Assembly: GCF_006345805.1 (NCBI RefSeq)
Contig: NC_042997.1
Span: forward strand, 192,758,001-192,822,000
Source: Octopus sinensis
Taxonomy: Eukaryota
DNA: 64,000 nucleotides
Direction: 5' to 3'
In this document: positions 62,480-64,000 of the stretch, one piece after another
Numbering within the stretch: the stretch's first letter is position 1
Layout of the letters: each line of letters begins with the position of its first letter
The notes under the pieces: generated by a model
Told to the model about the DNA's origin: nothing
The model's database searches: none
Seen by the model: only the letters and a program-made list of their open reading frames with translations
Translations under genes and position numbers: made by a program

Positions 62480-63979
62480 TTTTAATTGGAATAATTTTGT
62501 TTTACTAAATTGGTAGTTTTATACAAAATCAGTTGTTATTTCACTTGTATATTTTCTCGGTATAATAACAAGTATATTAATCCAATCTGTTTTGCTCTTT
62601 ATGCGAACACATGTTAGTAAGATCAGTTTCATTCAGCTCTCTAACTTCGCTTTTATTACTAATAGCTACTTTTATTGGCAGTTTTCATTTATTACTAATA
62701 GCTACACTTATATAAACAGTTTTCATAAAATTTCACTATAAGCAACTCAAAATGGAAAATGCTTCAATAACGATAGACATTTTAACAGAACTTTCATGTT
62801 AACATTTTTTCCCCCTATCTTGCAAAATTGAAAACAGCTTCAATAAAAACAAGTTCACTGAACAGAATTTGCCATCTGCTAATGAGCTTCTTATATCAAT
62901 CATTAACACTTGCTACTCTAGTTAGTTTGCTCTTGTTGACTAAGCTTAGCTGCTGCAGACAACAGAGATAATTAATTTTATTCTTTATTGTTCTAGCATT
63001 GATTTATCAACTTTGTATTTTCAAATGATCGTGATTGGTAAAAATTTTAATGAATGGAAAAGATCAGTTTCTCATTCTTTTGTCACTTTATTTTATTCCC
63101 ATGTGCATTTGTTAGTAATCTTCACAAACAGCTAAAAAAATTTCTGTTCCCCTTTAGTTTTTTTTAAATATTAGTTCCGAGTTAAATATGTGTATATTTG
63201 CACTTTTTTTTTGCATTTGCATTGTATGTATTTCTTTGAAATGCTAAAATGAATTTTTTTTTGTGTGTGTGATGATGATGATGATGTGTGTATACACTTG
63301 TAAATTATTCTTTCTGTTTTTATAAATTTTGTAAGGAAAATATTTTAATAGAATGTTCATGTTTTTACATATAATCTTTTACAGCTGAAACTGCTTTTAT
63401 GAAATGATTTAAATTAGTTTTGTAATAAAATACTTATATATCTCTAATTCAGTAGGCATAGCTTGTGTATATGCCTGCATGTTCATGTGCATGTATGTAT
63501 ACACAATGTAGTTTTATTTTTATTTTGAATATCTTTTATGGTAATGCAGTTTCTAAAATACTTTGTCTAACAGTCATTTTCTTCAGAAAGCATTAAATTC
63601 TAATGAACATAATTTTTTTACTGTATATTCTCTATTATGCATTTAATTATTTACAGTGTATTTTTCAAACTATATTTCTTATCTAATATTTAAAATGTGT
63701 ATTTTGATATTGAAGCCTGATGTGATCTTTGTATAGTACTTGTCTTAGGATTTTTATTTTCTTTCTACCACCAAAACAGATTAATTTTGTTGTGAAATAT
63801 CCATTTAATGCTAACATAATATATACTCACTTTGAAATTTCGTGTTTTTCACTTTGCAGACTGTTCAGCTATATTAATTCAAAGGAAAAAAATCCTAGAG
63901 AAAAAACAAAAAAATGTGATATCCAATCACAAAGTAAACCCAATCACTAATAATGCTAAGTCAAGTTATTCACTTACAG

Positions 63980-64000
63980 CCGCTGCCAAGAACACGGGTC
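63980..64000 (+). CDS. Possible start of the next WIP exon (runs off window)
   Basis: TTCACTTACAG acceptor, branch-like CACTAAT at 63945-51, abrupt GC rise; phase-1 reading (A)AAKNTG. The same bases also read as a minus-strand GTAAGT donor. Confidence 0.3.

Overview
AT-rich animal genomic DNA, inferred to be Octopus from the tRNA-SINE families, the (GAT)n-tailed RTE repeats and the dense (TA)n/(CA)n microsatellites. Most of the window is intron-like sequence packed with repeats. Retroelements: at least four tRNA-derived SINE families (my working labels A/A2, D, F, G), RTE, CR1 and R4/Dong-type LINE 3' fragments, and Penelope-like hammerhead-bearing palindromes. DNA elements: piggyBac-like TTAA MITEs (C, E), Tc1/mariner and pogo remnants, a Helitron and a Helentron-type HINE. 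The one secure host gene feature is the first coding exon of a WIP/verprolin (WIPF-family) gene on the + strand (ATG 54344, donor 54528), encoding a polyproline tract plus a WH2 domain. Candidate downstream exons lie at 58695-58808 and from 63980. The most striking unexplained structure is a set of fold-back ('tail-out') insertions, all lodged in (TA)n tracts: 11772-12023 (perfect 180-bp palindrome with a type I hammerhead ribozyme on each strand), 15011-15203 (two RTE 3' ends head-to-head), 17471-17650, and 43824-44136 (hammerhead-like core, itself tandemly duplicated). There is also a twin-priming-type 5' inversion in an RTE LINE (5935-6253). Repeat boundaries were read by eye and are approximate; family names come from motif recall, not database searches.
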